64,000 nucleotides of DNA, taken from contig CAWHVY010000013.1 in the NCBI GenBank assembly GCA_963832925.1, positions 29,797-93,796 of the forward strand. The letters are read 5' to 3'. Numbering within the stretch: position 1 is the stretch's first letter; the number at the start of each line of letters is the position of its first letter. Position numbers and translations under genes: made by a program. This document shows positions 19,272 through 29,300 of the stretch, one piece after another. This DNA is from an uncultured Acidimicrobiaceae bacterium. GTDB lineage: Bacteria; Actinomycetota; Acidimicrobiia; Acidimicrobiales; RAAP-2. The notes beneath the pieces are model-generated. The model saw only the letters and a list, made by a program, of their open reading frames with translations. It was not told the origin of the DNA and did not search any database.

Positions 19272-22265
19272 CTAGTTGTCCGCCCTATAGAGATAGCCAT
19301 TCGTCAGCCCATTCACGAGGACGTGTCGCGTACCTTTGAGAGCGCTTGTTCCGGCCACGTACGTGGTGTGCAGCACGACCAGCTTTCGCTTCACCATCGG
19401 CCCGGACGGCGTGCCAACCAGATCGAGGTTGGGCGCACCGGCGATCGATGCGACCTCAACGTTGGCGTACTCCACCGACGCCGGTCCGTTGTTGGTCACC
19501 GCGTTGGCGTAGAGGAATACCGTGAGGCTCGTCGTTCCACTCACTGGGTCGAACGAGGTTCCGTAGTGGAGCCAGCCACTTGAAGTAGTGAGCGACGGCA
19601 TCGGCGCGCACGTATCGCTCGGCTGTTCCCATACGCAGATGCTGGGAGCCGCCCCATTGACGCTCCTCGTCCAGAGCGAGAGCAATACCGGCCCGGAATG
19701 CCACTTGAGGACGGTGGTCTCGCACGCGCTGTCAGCCAATGCCGTGAGTTTCAACGCAGGCAGGCCCGTGGGTGCGACGCCATTGACAATCGTTGCGCTC
19801 AGCTCACTCGAATGCCGCAACGGTTTCGCGTCTTGACAGTTCTCTACAGGACTCCACTTGCCATGCTCGAACGTCCCGTTGCCGATTAGCGATGCCGACG
19901 CCGACATCTTGACGGTGGCCGTCACGTTGTTCCTTCCTTGGGGACGGACCGACAACGCAATGCCCTGGAGTGACGTCCCGCTACTCGTGGCGAGTCGATA
20001 CTGCCGCCTGCCCGGCAATATCAAACGCGTCGACAGTTCATTGCCAGCGAGCGCCCAATTTCCAACCGGCGCCAGTTGCGTCACTGAGACGACGCCGGCG
20101 AGCGGTTTGCTCGTGATGAGCGCCGTGCGCGCGGGGAGAATCCCCAAGTCCCCGAGATTTGGCGCCGAGCTCGCCACGGTGGCGACGTTGCTCCACGGCT
20201 TGTGATAGCGCGGCTTGATCTTGAAGATGGAGAGCGGGCCGAAGTTCTTCACTGAGGCCATCTCGGGGTCGTGGCGGAGCGCGGACGCAAGGGCTATTGG
20301 AGAGACGATGTCGCGGCCCGGGAACTGACTTTCGACGTCGCCGCGAACCAGCACGAGCGGCGTGTCGAGCGCGTTCAGTATCGCGCCCGCGGTCGCCCAC
20401 TGATGTCCGAGCAACGCGCTCGACTCCTCCTGCAACGCAGTGAGGAGACCGACTGAGGTCTGCACGTAGCCCTGCGCTGTAGGCACGATCACGTGACGAT
20501 TGAGCATGTCGACGATGAAACTGTCATTGCCATAGAACCAGGTGTAGGGCATCTGATAAAAATCGTCGGCCGGCATGACCAGGAGTGACCCGTTCGGAGA
20601 ATTCGAGCCGTTGAGGTAACTACCCATCGATGTCCAGTACGCCGGAATGGTGACGTGTGTCGAGGGGAGTTCTTGTCGTTTGCCCGAGATCATGATGCCG
20701 GTCCAAATCGGGAAACTGCCGGCGATGATAGCGACCACCAGTGCGGCCGTGATCCAGCGAATGGTAACGACCTGTTCTCGAGGACGCGGACGTCGCTGAT
20801 TGAAACGGATCACCGTGGCAGCGCCAAACTTCGAGGTGTGGTCGATGAGTACGCCCACCAACAAGGCGTAGCCGAGACCCGCAGCCATCAAGAACCGACC
20901 GGGTTCGCGAAGGAGCCAACCGTGCGGGAGGTTGTAGAGGGGATCAAAGAGCCAGCGGCCGGGTTCTTCGGTCCCAGTGCTCAGGAGCACCAACACCAAC
21001 GAACTGAGCGCAATCAGCGCGATGAATCGGTCCTCGCCGCCCTTTCGACTTGGTCGTCGACGGGCCATGACACCAAAGGCCATTAACGGCACCACGACCG
21101 GTATCAAGTCAAGCGGGAAGAGAGCGAAGGCACGGGCGTAGGGGTAGTACTCCGGATTGGTCCACCCCCAGGTGTTGTTCAGCCAGAGCCCGTTCGTGAG
21201 CGTCGCGCGCGACTCGGTGAACGCCCACGCCGAGAGCGATGAGAGGCTGCCCGTGGCGACCACGCTAAAGGCCCCGACCGCCGGTATCAACCAGTACAAC
21301 GACGCGAGGACGAGCACGCCGCCGCCCACCAACGTCGCCCGAAGTGCACGAAGGGCGTGCTGTCGGTCATACTTCGCCCACGAGATCAGCACCGCGAAGG
21401 ACGTGGTCGCGATGACCATGCCGACAAGTGGAGGATTGGCGTAGGCGTAACCGACGAAGGGAGCGCTGAGCGCGAAGACAAGACCCACCTGCCACAGCCG
21501 GAGGCGCGCATTGCCATACGAGATCACCGCCGCGGCGAGGAGTGGAATCAGCACCATCGCGCTCAAGAAGACATCGTTGACCTGGCCGACCGAGCTGAAT
21601 GTCATGGGACTGAAGAAGTAGGCGATGCTCACGATGGCACCCGTGAATGGTGCAAAGCCGAGCGATCGGGCGAGTGCGCCGGCACTCACCAGTACCAAGG
21701 CGACCAAGAGCGAGAGCCAAAGACGTTGGGCGAGTCCTCCAGAGCCGCCAAGGTGCACTGTCGTCCACTCCACGACCGCCCATGGGAGGCGGAGTTGGTT
21801 ATTGACCGGGCCCCCAAGGTTGTCACCGCTCCAGCCATAACTGGCGAAGATGCGACCAATCCACGCCGTACCCACGGGCGGCGATATGTCACCTCCCGCA
21901 ATGACTGTTCCGGAGCGAAACCACGTTTGAGTGATCAGTAGACCTAGAACGCCGAGTCCTGCAATCGTCCAACGCCATGACACTCGCCAGTCGATGTTCG
22001 CGTCGGTGCCGTCCACCGTCCGCTGCCTGGCCCCTTGGACGAAGAGGGCGATTGCTCCGAGAACGAGTCCTGCAAACCCAAGGTCGGCCAGAGTACTTTG
22101 CAGACCGCCGCGCGGAAAGAGTTCGGCAAACCCTACGAGTGCGAGCGCGATCAGTACCAGGAGTGAGCGTGATGCTCGGTACCTGGACGAGCCCATGGCG
22201 CCATCTGGCACCGCATTCTCAGTGCTCTCCCCCGCAAGGTCTCCATCCGCCGGCGCGTCGTTCAA
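19272..22265 (-). CDS. Large GT-C-like integral membrane glycosyltransferase, AftD/DUF3367-like, with a C-terminal carbohydrate-binding-like domain
   Basis: About 12-14 TM helices. Segments GGDISPP, WSGDNLGGPVNNQ, LAQRLWLSLL, AYFFSP, LREPGRF and AYWTSMGSYL..SLLVMP parallel recalled AftD segments. C-terminal LIGNGTFE beta domain. Confidence 0.7.
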   Translation of the reverse strand: MNDAPADGDLAGESTENAVPDGAMGSSRYRASRSLLVLIALALVGFAELFPRGGLQSTLADLGFAGLVLGAIALFVQGARQRTVDGTDANIDWRVSWRWTIAGLGVLGLLITQTWFRSGTVIAGGDISPPVGTAWIGRIFASYGWSGDNLGGPVNNQLRLPWAVVEWTTVHLGGSGGLAQRLWLSLLVALVLVSAGALARSLGFAPFTGAIVSIAYFFSPMTFSSVGQVNDVFLSAMVLIPLLAAAVISYGNARLRLWQVGLVFALSAPFVGYAYANPPLVGMVIATTSFAVLISWAKYDRQHALRALRATLVGGGVLVLASLYWLIPAVGAFSVVATGSLSSLSAWAFTESRATLTNGLWLNNTWGWTNPEYYPYARAFALFPLDLIPVVVPLMAFGVMARRRPSRKGGEDRFIALIALSSLVLVLLSTGTEEPGRWLFDPLYNLPHGWLLREPGRFLMAAGLGYALLVGVLIDHTSKFGAATVIRFNQRRPRPREQVVTIRWITAALVVAIIAGSFPIWTGIMISGKRQELPSTHVTIPAYWTSMGSYLNGSNSPNGSLLVMPADDFYQMPYTWFYGNDSFIVDMLNRHVIVPTAQGYVQTSVGLLTALQEESSALLGHQWATAGAILNALDTPLVLVRGDVESQFPGRDIVSPIALASALRHDPEMASVKNFGPLSIFKIKPRYHKPWSNVATVASSAPNLGDLGILPARTALITSKPLAGVVSVTQLAPVGNWALAGNELSTRLILPGRRQYRLATSSGTSLQGIALSVRPQGRNNVTATVKMSASASLIGNGTFEHGKWSPVENCQDAKPLRHSSELSATIVNGVAPTGLPALKLTALADSACETTVLKWHSGPVLLSLWTRSVNGAAPSICVWEQPSDTCAPMPSLTTSSGWLHYGTSFDPVSGTTSLTVFLYANAVTNNGPASVEYANVEVASIAGAPNLDLVGTPSGPMVKRKLVVLHTTYVAGTSALKGTRHVLVNGLTNGYLYRADN

Positions 22266-23152
22266 TTGCCAACTCGCCGATGCGAATCCGTGGTGTCTGG
22301 ACGTCGCGGAAGCTTCGCCCTATGACCAAACGAGTCGGCGGCAAGTCCACCGACCATGGCCAACGCCTGGCCCGCCTTGAGGACCACCAGACCGACACCA
22401 AGCGAGTTGGCGAGGGCCCGAGGCTGGCGGAGCCACCGTCGGCCAGTCATCTCGCGCATGGTGCCGATGCCGTGTTTCTTTACGAATAGTGCGACCCCGG
22501 GCGCGTAGTACGCCTTCTTCATACAGATATTGAAGAATCGCACTCGTCCCTCTTCGTGCACGATCTCAGCGTTCGTTCGAGACCTGGTGCCGAGTGACGC
22601 CGTTCGTTGTCCGAGGTCCCAGTCCTCGGCTCCGGTCATCGCCTCATCGAATCCTCCGACTCGATGAAAGACCTCGGCGTTGAAGAACCTCGGCGCCTCG
22701 ACGAATTGATCACCCTCATAGAACGACCGTTCGAAGGCACTCACTTTGGCCCAGTAGCCCTCACCGACGGTCCGTTCAGGGATTACGACGCTCACCGCAC
22801 CCTCGGCGATGCCACTGACCACTTCAGCGACGACGTTCGTCGAGAGGATCATGTCAGAGTCGATGAACCCGACGATTGGCGCCGACGTGTGCGCGGCGCC
22901 GGCGTTTCGCTGTGCGGATCGTTCCGGTCCACACGTCAATACGTGATCCGCCAGAATCTCCGCGATCGCGACCGTCTCATCCGAAGAACCGTTGTCGACC
23001 ACGATGATCTCGCAGGGATGCGTCTGAGCACGAAGTGATTCAAGGCAGGCTCGGAGTGTTGTCGCGGAATTGCGCGTGGGAACCACCACCGCGACATCCG
23101 AAGGTCGATCCATAGCTCGCCGTTTCCCCAGCTTTGTAAGCCCGCTCATCAC
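22262..23152 (-). CDS. GT2-family glycosyltransferase (start may be ATG 23113)
   Basis: VVVPTRNS, IIVVDNGSSDET, GPERSAQRN, FIDSDM (DxD), GGFDE...EDWDL. Confidence 0.93.
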   Translation of the reverse strand: MMSGLTKLGKRRAMDRPSDVAVVVPTRNSATTLRACLESLRAQTHPCEIIVVDNGSSDETVAIAEILADHVLTCGPERSAQRNAGAAHTSAPIVGFIDSDMILSTNVVAEVVSGIAEGAVSVVIPERTVGEGYWAKVSAFERSFYEGDQFVEAPRFFNAEVFHRVGGFDEAMTGAEDWDLGQRTASLGTRSRTNAEIVHEEGRVRFFNICMKKAYYAPGVALFVKKHGIGTMREMTGRRWLRQPRALANSLGVGLVVLKAGQALAMVGGLAADSFGHRAKLPRRPDTTDSHRRVGN

Positions 23153-23363
23153 AACCTAGCGAGTATTCGTGCTGATGAAACCTGGCGCAACCAGGAGTTG
23201 CGTCCCGAGACGGGACGCTGTCACCATCCGATCGATGGCCCAACTGCGACCTCACCGCGACGTTCGACGTCGACGTTGTGGCTGCAATGACGCCGCCGCC
23301 GAATATCCCTGACGATTCTTCTCGCTGCGTCCGAAATTCTGAATGAAGAACTAAGTTTTTTAG

Positions 23364-24065
23364 GTGGACTATATGGATTTCTATGGAAACCATAAGACGT
23401 TCATCACCAAAACCGACGCGCGTCTGTCAAAGATCATCCAGTTGGCTGAAGAGTTGAAGCCGAAGGAACTCCTCGATGTCGGGTGCGGCGACGGGTACCT
23501 GCTGACGCAACTCGCCTCTCGGATCGACGCACATCTCTACGGACTCGATGTCTATCCCATTGAGACCGATCACTGGACGTACAAGCAGGCTGACCTCACC
23601 CAGGGCCTGCCGTTCGATGACGAGATGTTCGATGTGGTCATCCTGGGAGAAGTGATTGAACACGTGCCCGATCCCGACTTCCTCCTCGAAGAGATCTGGC
23701 GCGTGCTCGCCCCCGGCGGCAAGGCGATCATCACGACTCCCAATCTTGCGTCGTGGGCCAACCGCGTGTTGTTGCCGTTGGGGATCCAGCCCCTCTTCAC
23801 CGAGACCAGCAGCCGAAAGAAGTTGGGACGTCGATTCAAGTTCCTCGGCCAAGGATCGAATGTCGAAGGTCATTTGAAGATCTTCACGTTGCCTGCTCTC
23901 AAGGAACTGATCGTTGCCTGTGGGTTCACGATCGATGGCGTGTGGGGCGTACCCTTCTTCTTCCCATTCCCTCTCTCGAAGTTTGACGAGTTGCTGACGG
24001 CCGTCCCGTCCCTCTCCTCCGGGCTCTTCGTACTCGCTCAAAAGGTTGACACTCGCTCAACGTGA
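23364..24065 (+). CDS. Class I SAM-dependent methyltransferase (Methyltransf_11-like)
   Basis: LLDVGCGDG, LPFDDEMFDVV, EVIEHVPDP, RVLAPGGKAIITTPN. Confidence 0.92.
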   Translation: MDYMDFYGNHKTFITKTDARLSKIIQLAEELKPKELLDVGCGDGYLLTQLASRIDAHLYGLDVYPIETDHWTYKQADLTQGLPFDDEMFDVVILGEVIEHVPDPDFLLEEIWRVLAPGGKAIITTPNLASWANRVLLPLGIQPLFTETSSRKKLGRRFKFLGQGSNVEGHLKIFTLPALKELIVACGFTIDGVWGVPFFFPFPLSKFDELLTAVPSLSSGLFVLAQKVDTRST

Positions 24066-24113
24066 GTGATCCGCACCGGTAGTCATGAAGAACCCACGCC
24101 GTAGGGTTTAAAC

Positions 24114-26339
24114 GTGCAGAGCCACTTCGAGCCGCGTCGATTTCTCAGTCGTGCGGATTGGGTGATGTTGGGTCTGGGACTCTTGATCGGCATCGCGGTC
24201 TGTATCCCGTTCTTCGGCGGAGGCCGCCTGTTCCTACTGGACTGGTCGATCGGTCCCACCACGCCGATCATCTCAATCAATACACTCGGCCTCTTTGGCG
24301 GTCTCACGTCGGGCGTCCTCGGCTCGCTCCTGACGGGGCTGTTGAACTGGGCGCTCGGCTCGGTCTCGACGTGGTTGCTGTTCTTGTTGTTCTTCCCCAC
24401 GGCGTTTCTCGGCATCTCTCGTCTCGCCGGTGGTTCCCTCACGAGCCGGATCTCCGCGGGGGTCTTGTACACGATCAACCCGTTCGTATTCAATCGACTC
24501 TTCGTCGGGCACATCGACCTTCTCATCGGCTACGCGCTGTTGCCATTCGCCGTGGTCTCGGCGCTTCGCATACAAGGACCGCTCTGGCGCTACGCCTTGC
24601 GGGTCTCGCTCTGGTGGGCCGCACTCACTGCGATCACCCCGCACTTCTCATGGATCTACGGCGTCGTGGTACTCGTCGTCGCCATCGTCGCGGCCTCGCA
24701 CGGCGCGCTGCGCGATTCGGTGCTGCGTCTCGTCGCCACCGCCGCGTCGTTCTTCATCATGTCGATGTACCTCTTGCTGCCGCATTTCGTCACCACCCTC
24801 GCGACATCGAATGGTCCATCGAGTCTCGCGCTCTATCAAACGTCCGGCGACCCGAGGTTCGGACTCTTCGGCAACGTCGCTGGTCTTTACGGTTTCTGGC
24901 GTCTCGGTCCGGGCCCCACGTTGCCAAAGAACCTCATAAGCGGCTGGCCGTTCATTTTCCTGGCGATATTTCTCGTCGCCACCACCGGAGCGTGGGTTGC
25001 GCTTCGTACGACCAGGTCGAGCGGCGGGAACGACGCGGAATCGATCGAGGGGAACGCGGCGCGAACTCCGATTAGTGATCTCCTCCAATCGGAACCACCA
25101 TCGTCGGACCCAGCCGTTCCCGCGTCTCGGGCGTTCGTCGCTATCTCATTGCTGGCCGTGGGCGTCATCGGCTACCTCCTCGCGTTGGGGAGCCAGGGCC
25201 CGACGGGAGCGCTCTTTCGATGGTGCTATGTCCACGTGCCGTTCTTCGCCATCATGCGAGAACCTCAGAAGTTCGTGATGTTGCTCGCACTCACCTACGC
25301 CGTGTTCTTCGGATGGGGTATCGCGCACGTCTCGAGAGTGCTGACGTCAACCAAAGCGACCCGCGCCGCGGTGGCCGCACTCGTCCTCGGAATCGCGCTG
25401 CCGCTGGGTTACACGCCCACGATCTTCAATGGGCTCAGCGCACAGATCGCTCCCAGTCACGTGCCGAGCTCGTACCAAAAAGCCAATGTCCTCATGGGCG
25501 ACGGCGCGGGGAGCGTGCTGGCGTTGCCTTGGCACCTCTACCTCTCATATCCCTTCACGAATGATCGCGTCGTGGCCAACCTCACACCCAGCTTGTTTGA
25601 TCGCGACGTGATCTCGGGCGACAACGTCGAAGCCGGCGGGGTCGAGACGCAATCGACGTCCCTCGAATCGAAATACCTCGCGGCGCTCTACGCGCGCGGA
25701 TCGACACTCACACACTTCGGGGCGCTCATCGCACCGCTCGGCGTCAAGTACGTCGTGCTCTCGAAGACCGTCGACTGGCCCGCGTACCTCTGGCTCACGC
25801 GCCAGTCCGATCTCAAGAGAGTCTTCAATTCCTCGTCACTCGAAGTGTGGAAGAACCTCGCCTACGACAACATCGGCCAGTCGCACGTCACCTTGAGCGC
25901 GGTCGCGTCGCTGAACGACGCAGTGAAAGAAGTGCACAACGCATCATCGTCCTTCGGGTTGGTCTCGCCACGCGTGGCTCGCGAGGCGCGCTCACGGTCG
26001 TCCTCGACGTCCTCGACCGACGCCACGTCGGGCGACAGCGTAACGATGGTGTCGCCGGTCGCCTTTCACATCGACCCCGGTTCGCCGGGTTGGGTCGAAA
26101 TCGACGAGCCCTACCAAGTCGGCTGGTCCCTCAACGGCGTCGCGGCGCTCCCCTCGGCAGAAGGCTCCATGCTGGTCCACGTGGGCTCGCACGGAGGGGA
26201 CGTGGTCTTCACGCCGTGGCGATCGGCTCGCCTCGGCTACCTCGTCTCCGGTGGGGCATTTCTCATGATCGTCCTCGCCTTGAACGTCGAGAGAGTTCGT
26301 CGTCGCCTACGTCCTCGAGTCAGAGCGCCGGCTCCCTAG
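24114..26339 (+). CDS. GT-C-like polytopic membrane protein resembling mycobacterial Rv0226c
   Basis: GRLFLLD and YTINPFVFNRLFVGHIDLLIGYALLPF match the recalled Rv0226c pattern (GYLLLRD; WNPYVAERLLQGHWSLLVGYGCLPW); also MREPQKF and a C-terminal TM helix. Confidence 0.68.
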   Translation: MQSHFEPRRFLSRADWVMLGLGLLIGIAVCIPFFGGGRLFLLDWSIGPTTPIISINTLGLFGGLTSGVLGSLLTGLLNWALGSVSTWLLFLLFFPTAFLGISRLAGGSLTSRISAGVLYTINPFVFNRLFVGHIDLLIGYALLPFAVVSALRIQGPLWRYALRVSLWWAALTAITPHFSWIYGVVVLVVAIVAASHGALRDSVLRLVATAASFFIMSMYLLLPHFVTTLATSNGPSSLALYQTSGDPRFGLFGNVAGLYGFWRLGPGPTLPKNLISGWPFIFLAIFLVATTGAWVALRTTRSSGGNDAESIEGNAARTPISDLLQSEPPSSDPAVPASRAFVAISLLAVGVIGYLLALGSQGPTGALFRWCYVHVPFFAIMREPQKFVMLLALTYAVFFGWGIAHVSRVLTSTKATRAAVAALVLGIALPLGYTPTIFNGLSAQIAPSHVPSSYQKANVLMGDGAGSVLALPWHLYLSYPFTNDRVVANLTPSLFDRDVISGDNVEAGGVETQSTSLESKYLAALYARGSTLTHFGALIAPLGVKYVVLSKTVDWPAYLWLTRQSDLKRVFNSSSLEVWKNLAYDNIGQSHVTLSAVASLNDAVKEVHNASSSFGLVSPRVAREARSRSSSTSSTDATSGDSVTMVSPVAFHIDPGSPGWVEIDEPYQVGWSLNGVAALPSAEGSMLVHVGSHGGDVVFTPWRSARLGYLVSGGAFLMIVLALNVERVRRRLRPRVRAPAP

Positions 26340-29300
26340 GGCCAATCGCCACGCCGAGGATCAAGTCGGCGACCTCGCCCCACTCGAGGATCCCTCCGGC
26401 ACTCACTTTGGGAACACCGGCTTCGGGAATCGTCTTGAAGTACTCACAGAGTGCTCGTCCGAGTGCGTCGGGAGTGGGCGCCGTCAGAATGCCGCCCGAC
26501 GCGCTCACCGAATCGCGAAGTCCCGCAACGTCATAGGCGATCGCGGGCGTGCCCAAGGCTGCCGCCTCCGACACCACGAGCCCCCAGCCCTCTCGCACCG
26601 AGGTCGCTACCAACACGTGTGCGCGTTGCAGACGTTCGAACTTCTCAGCGTGGGAGATACCGCCGAGGAACTGCACGCCCGGCGGTGATGACTTTCGAAG
26701 CTGCGCTTCCATGGGACCAGAGCCGATGATCCACATCACCGCGCGCGGATCTTGTTCGTGCAGCATCGAGAAGGCGCGAATCGCGTCGTGGGGCCGTTTG
26801 TGCGACTCGAGGCGTCCGATGAAGACGACGGTCGGTCGGGTCTCACGGGGCAACGGCTCAGTCGGCACTTCGATTGTGACGCCGACGGGCACGACGTGGA
26901 CGTCCGTCATCCCGTACGCCACGAGACTCTCTCGACTGGACTCCGATATGGTCACGACTTTCGTGGAGTGATACGACTTCAGCCACTTCGGTTCGAGGAT
27001 GTGATGACCGACCCACGACAGTGGGAACGGCATCTGCAGGTACCAGAGCTCTCGGCACACTTGGTAGGCGAGTCCGACGACGGGAACGTCGTCGACCCAC
27101 TTGGGTGACAGGAATGGCCTCGTGTTGATCTCGTCGACCACGAGGTCGTAGAGACCACTCCCTTCGTTCCGGTAGTAGTTGCGCGCTTCGCGGTAGACGC
27201 TGTATCGCGAACCGCGACGGATGATGTGCAGTCCGTCCACGACCTCAGAGTGAGGTCGACCCGCGATCTCGGCACAGAAGAGCGTGACGTGATGTCCTTC
27301 GCTGATCCAGTGACGCGCCACTGAGTCCGTGTAGAGCTCGGCACCGCCGGCGTTGGGGTGCGAGACGTCGCGCCAGTTGAGGATCAAGATACGAAGGTCG
27401 CGGCGGGGCGCCGGCACCATTGCTGCACCGCCCGTGACGGCGAGCGACGCGGTGACCTCGACCTCGTCGCGCGCCGACCGTGCCGCGGACGCCGGACCCG
27501 TCGCGCGGTCGTAGTAACGAAGGATCCGCAGACGGTAGAAGATCGCCAACGTGTCCCAGAGCAGGCCGCGAATGCTCTTCACCGACACCGTCGAGGGGAA
27601 CTTCGCGTCGATCTCAACGGGTATCTCCACGAAGTCCGAGTACCCCATCTCGCGCGCCACCACGAACAACTCGAGGTCGAAGCCGAAGTTCTTCTCCACC
27701 ATGCTCGGCAACACCGCGATCAGCACGTCGCGCCGTATCACTTTGATGCCGGTCTGCGTATCGCGAAGAGGGGCTCGGAAGAGAAGTCGGGTCAGTTGCT
27801 CGTAGGAGAAGGAGAAGAATCGACGAAGCGGCGGATACGCCACTTTGGACTCGGGGTGACGTTTACTGCCGAAGGCAATGTCCGGGCCTTCTTCATGAAC
27901 GACCTTCGCGAACTCAATGAGCAAGTTCGGCGACAAGGCGAAGTCGCTATCCAGAAATCCGAGATATCGACCTCGGCCTTGCAACAGCCCTTCACGCAGT
28001 GCGGCGCCCTTGCCTTGACTCTCCTCCATGTGCAGCACACGCAACGTCTCGCTGCTCAGGTGTGGGAATGAGTCCTCACTGTGATCGGTGCTGCCGTCAG
28101 AGACCGCGAGTATCTCGAATGTCAATCCAGTCGCGCCCAATACGTCCACGCAGTCAGCCACCCGTTGGGCGAATCCCGGCCCGGGATTGCGAAACGGCAC
28201 GACGAGGGTTAGATCGACCGTCACGGTGGGAAGGATGAGCTCGCTGAGTCGATCGACGTCACGGCGCGCGGCCGCGGTGGTGAGCGCTTTCCACGCCGGC
28301 CAGGCCCCGGCGATCAGGACGACGCCGACGGCCACCAACATGATCAGCGCGAGTTCGACCATCGAGTGGTGGCGGAATGTCGTCACGACCGCGACTAATG
28401 CGACCGAGAGCCACGAGATCATCGACACGTACGAGCGACGAGCGAGGTGCAGGTAGATGAGGAGGTTCAAGACGCCGAGTCCGGCCGACTCGAGCGCGAG
28501 GGGCCGAATCACCGTTACCGCCGGACCGTACTTGGCGCCGAAGAGGACGCTGACGAGCAACGAGGAGAAGAGGATCATCCCCAAGGCGAAGATCATGCCG
28601 AGCAGCGTCACAATCTTGAGGCTCTGCATGAACGCGCGACGGCTTGCGTCGCTGATGCCGTTGCCGTCGGCCAACAGTGGGAAGGCGACCGTGACGATTG
28701 CGGTAGGGACGAGGAGCGCGATGTGGGCCGCGATCGCGCCGGCGGCGTACTGCCCCGCGAGATTCGCACTGAAATAATGGCGGCTTAGGAACGTGTCGAT
28801 GTTCGTCAAGACGGTGAATCCGGCCAGTGCACACACCGAGAACACGATGTCGCGAAGCGCGGTATTGACCGCCTTGCCGCGCTTGGCGGTGAACGCGTGG
28901 TGGCGCGATGAGTACGCCAGCGACGCCGTCGTGAAGATCTGCGCGATCAACGTCGCGGCAATGGCGCCGGTCACACCGAAGCTCATGTAGCCGAGTACCG
29001 CGCCGAGCACGAGTCGGATCGGTCCCCCGCCGACGAAGAGCGCGAAGGCCGCGGGTCGAAATCGGTACTCCCCAATGAGCGAACCCTGCAGGGCCGCACC
29101 GACGGCGGCGAACGGAATCCACGCCGCAACCAACACGACCGACATCGGCGAGGTCAGGTGCAAGAAGGAGTCCAGCGGCACCGCACAGGCCAACATCAAT
29201 ACCGAGCCGATGACGCCGAAGACCGCGACGCGCTGGACCATCTTGCTGACGTTGTGCGAAGTCTCGCTGGCGCCGCGACCGACAACGGCTTGTGTCGCTG

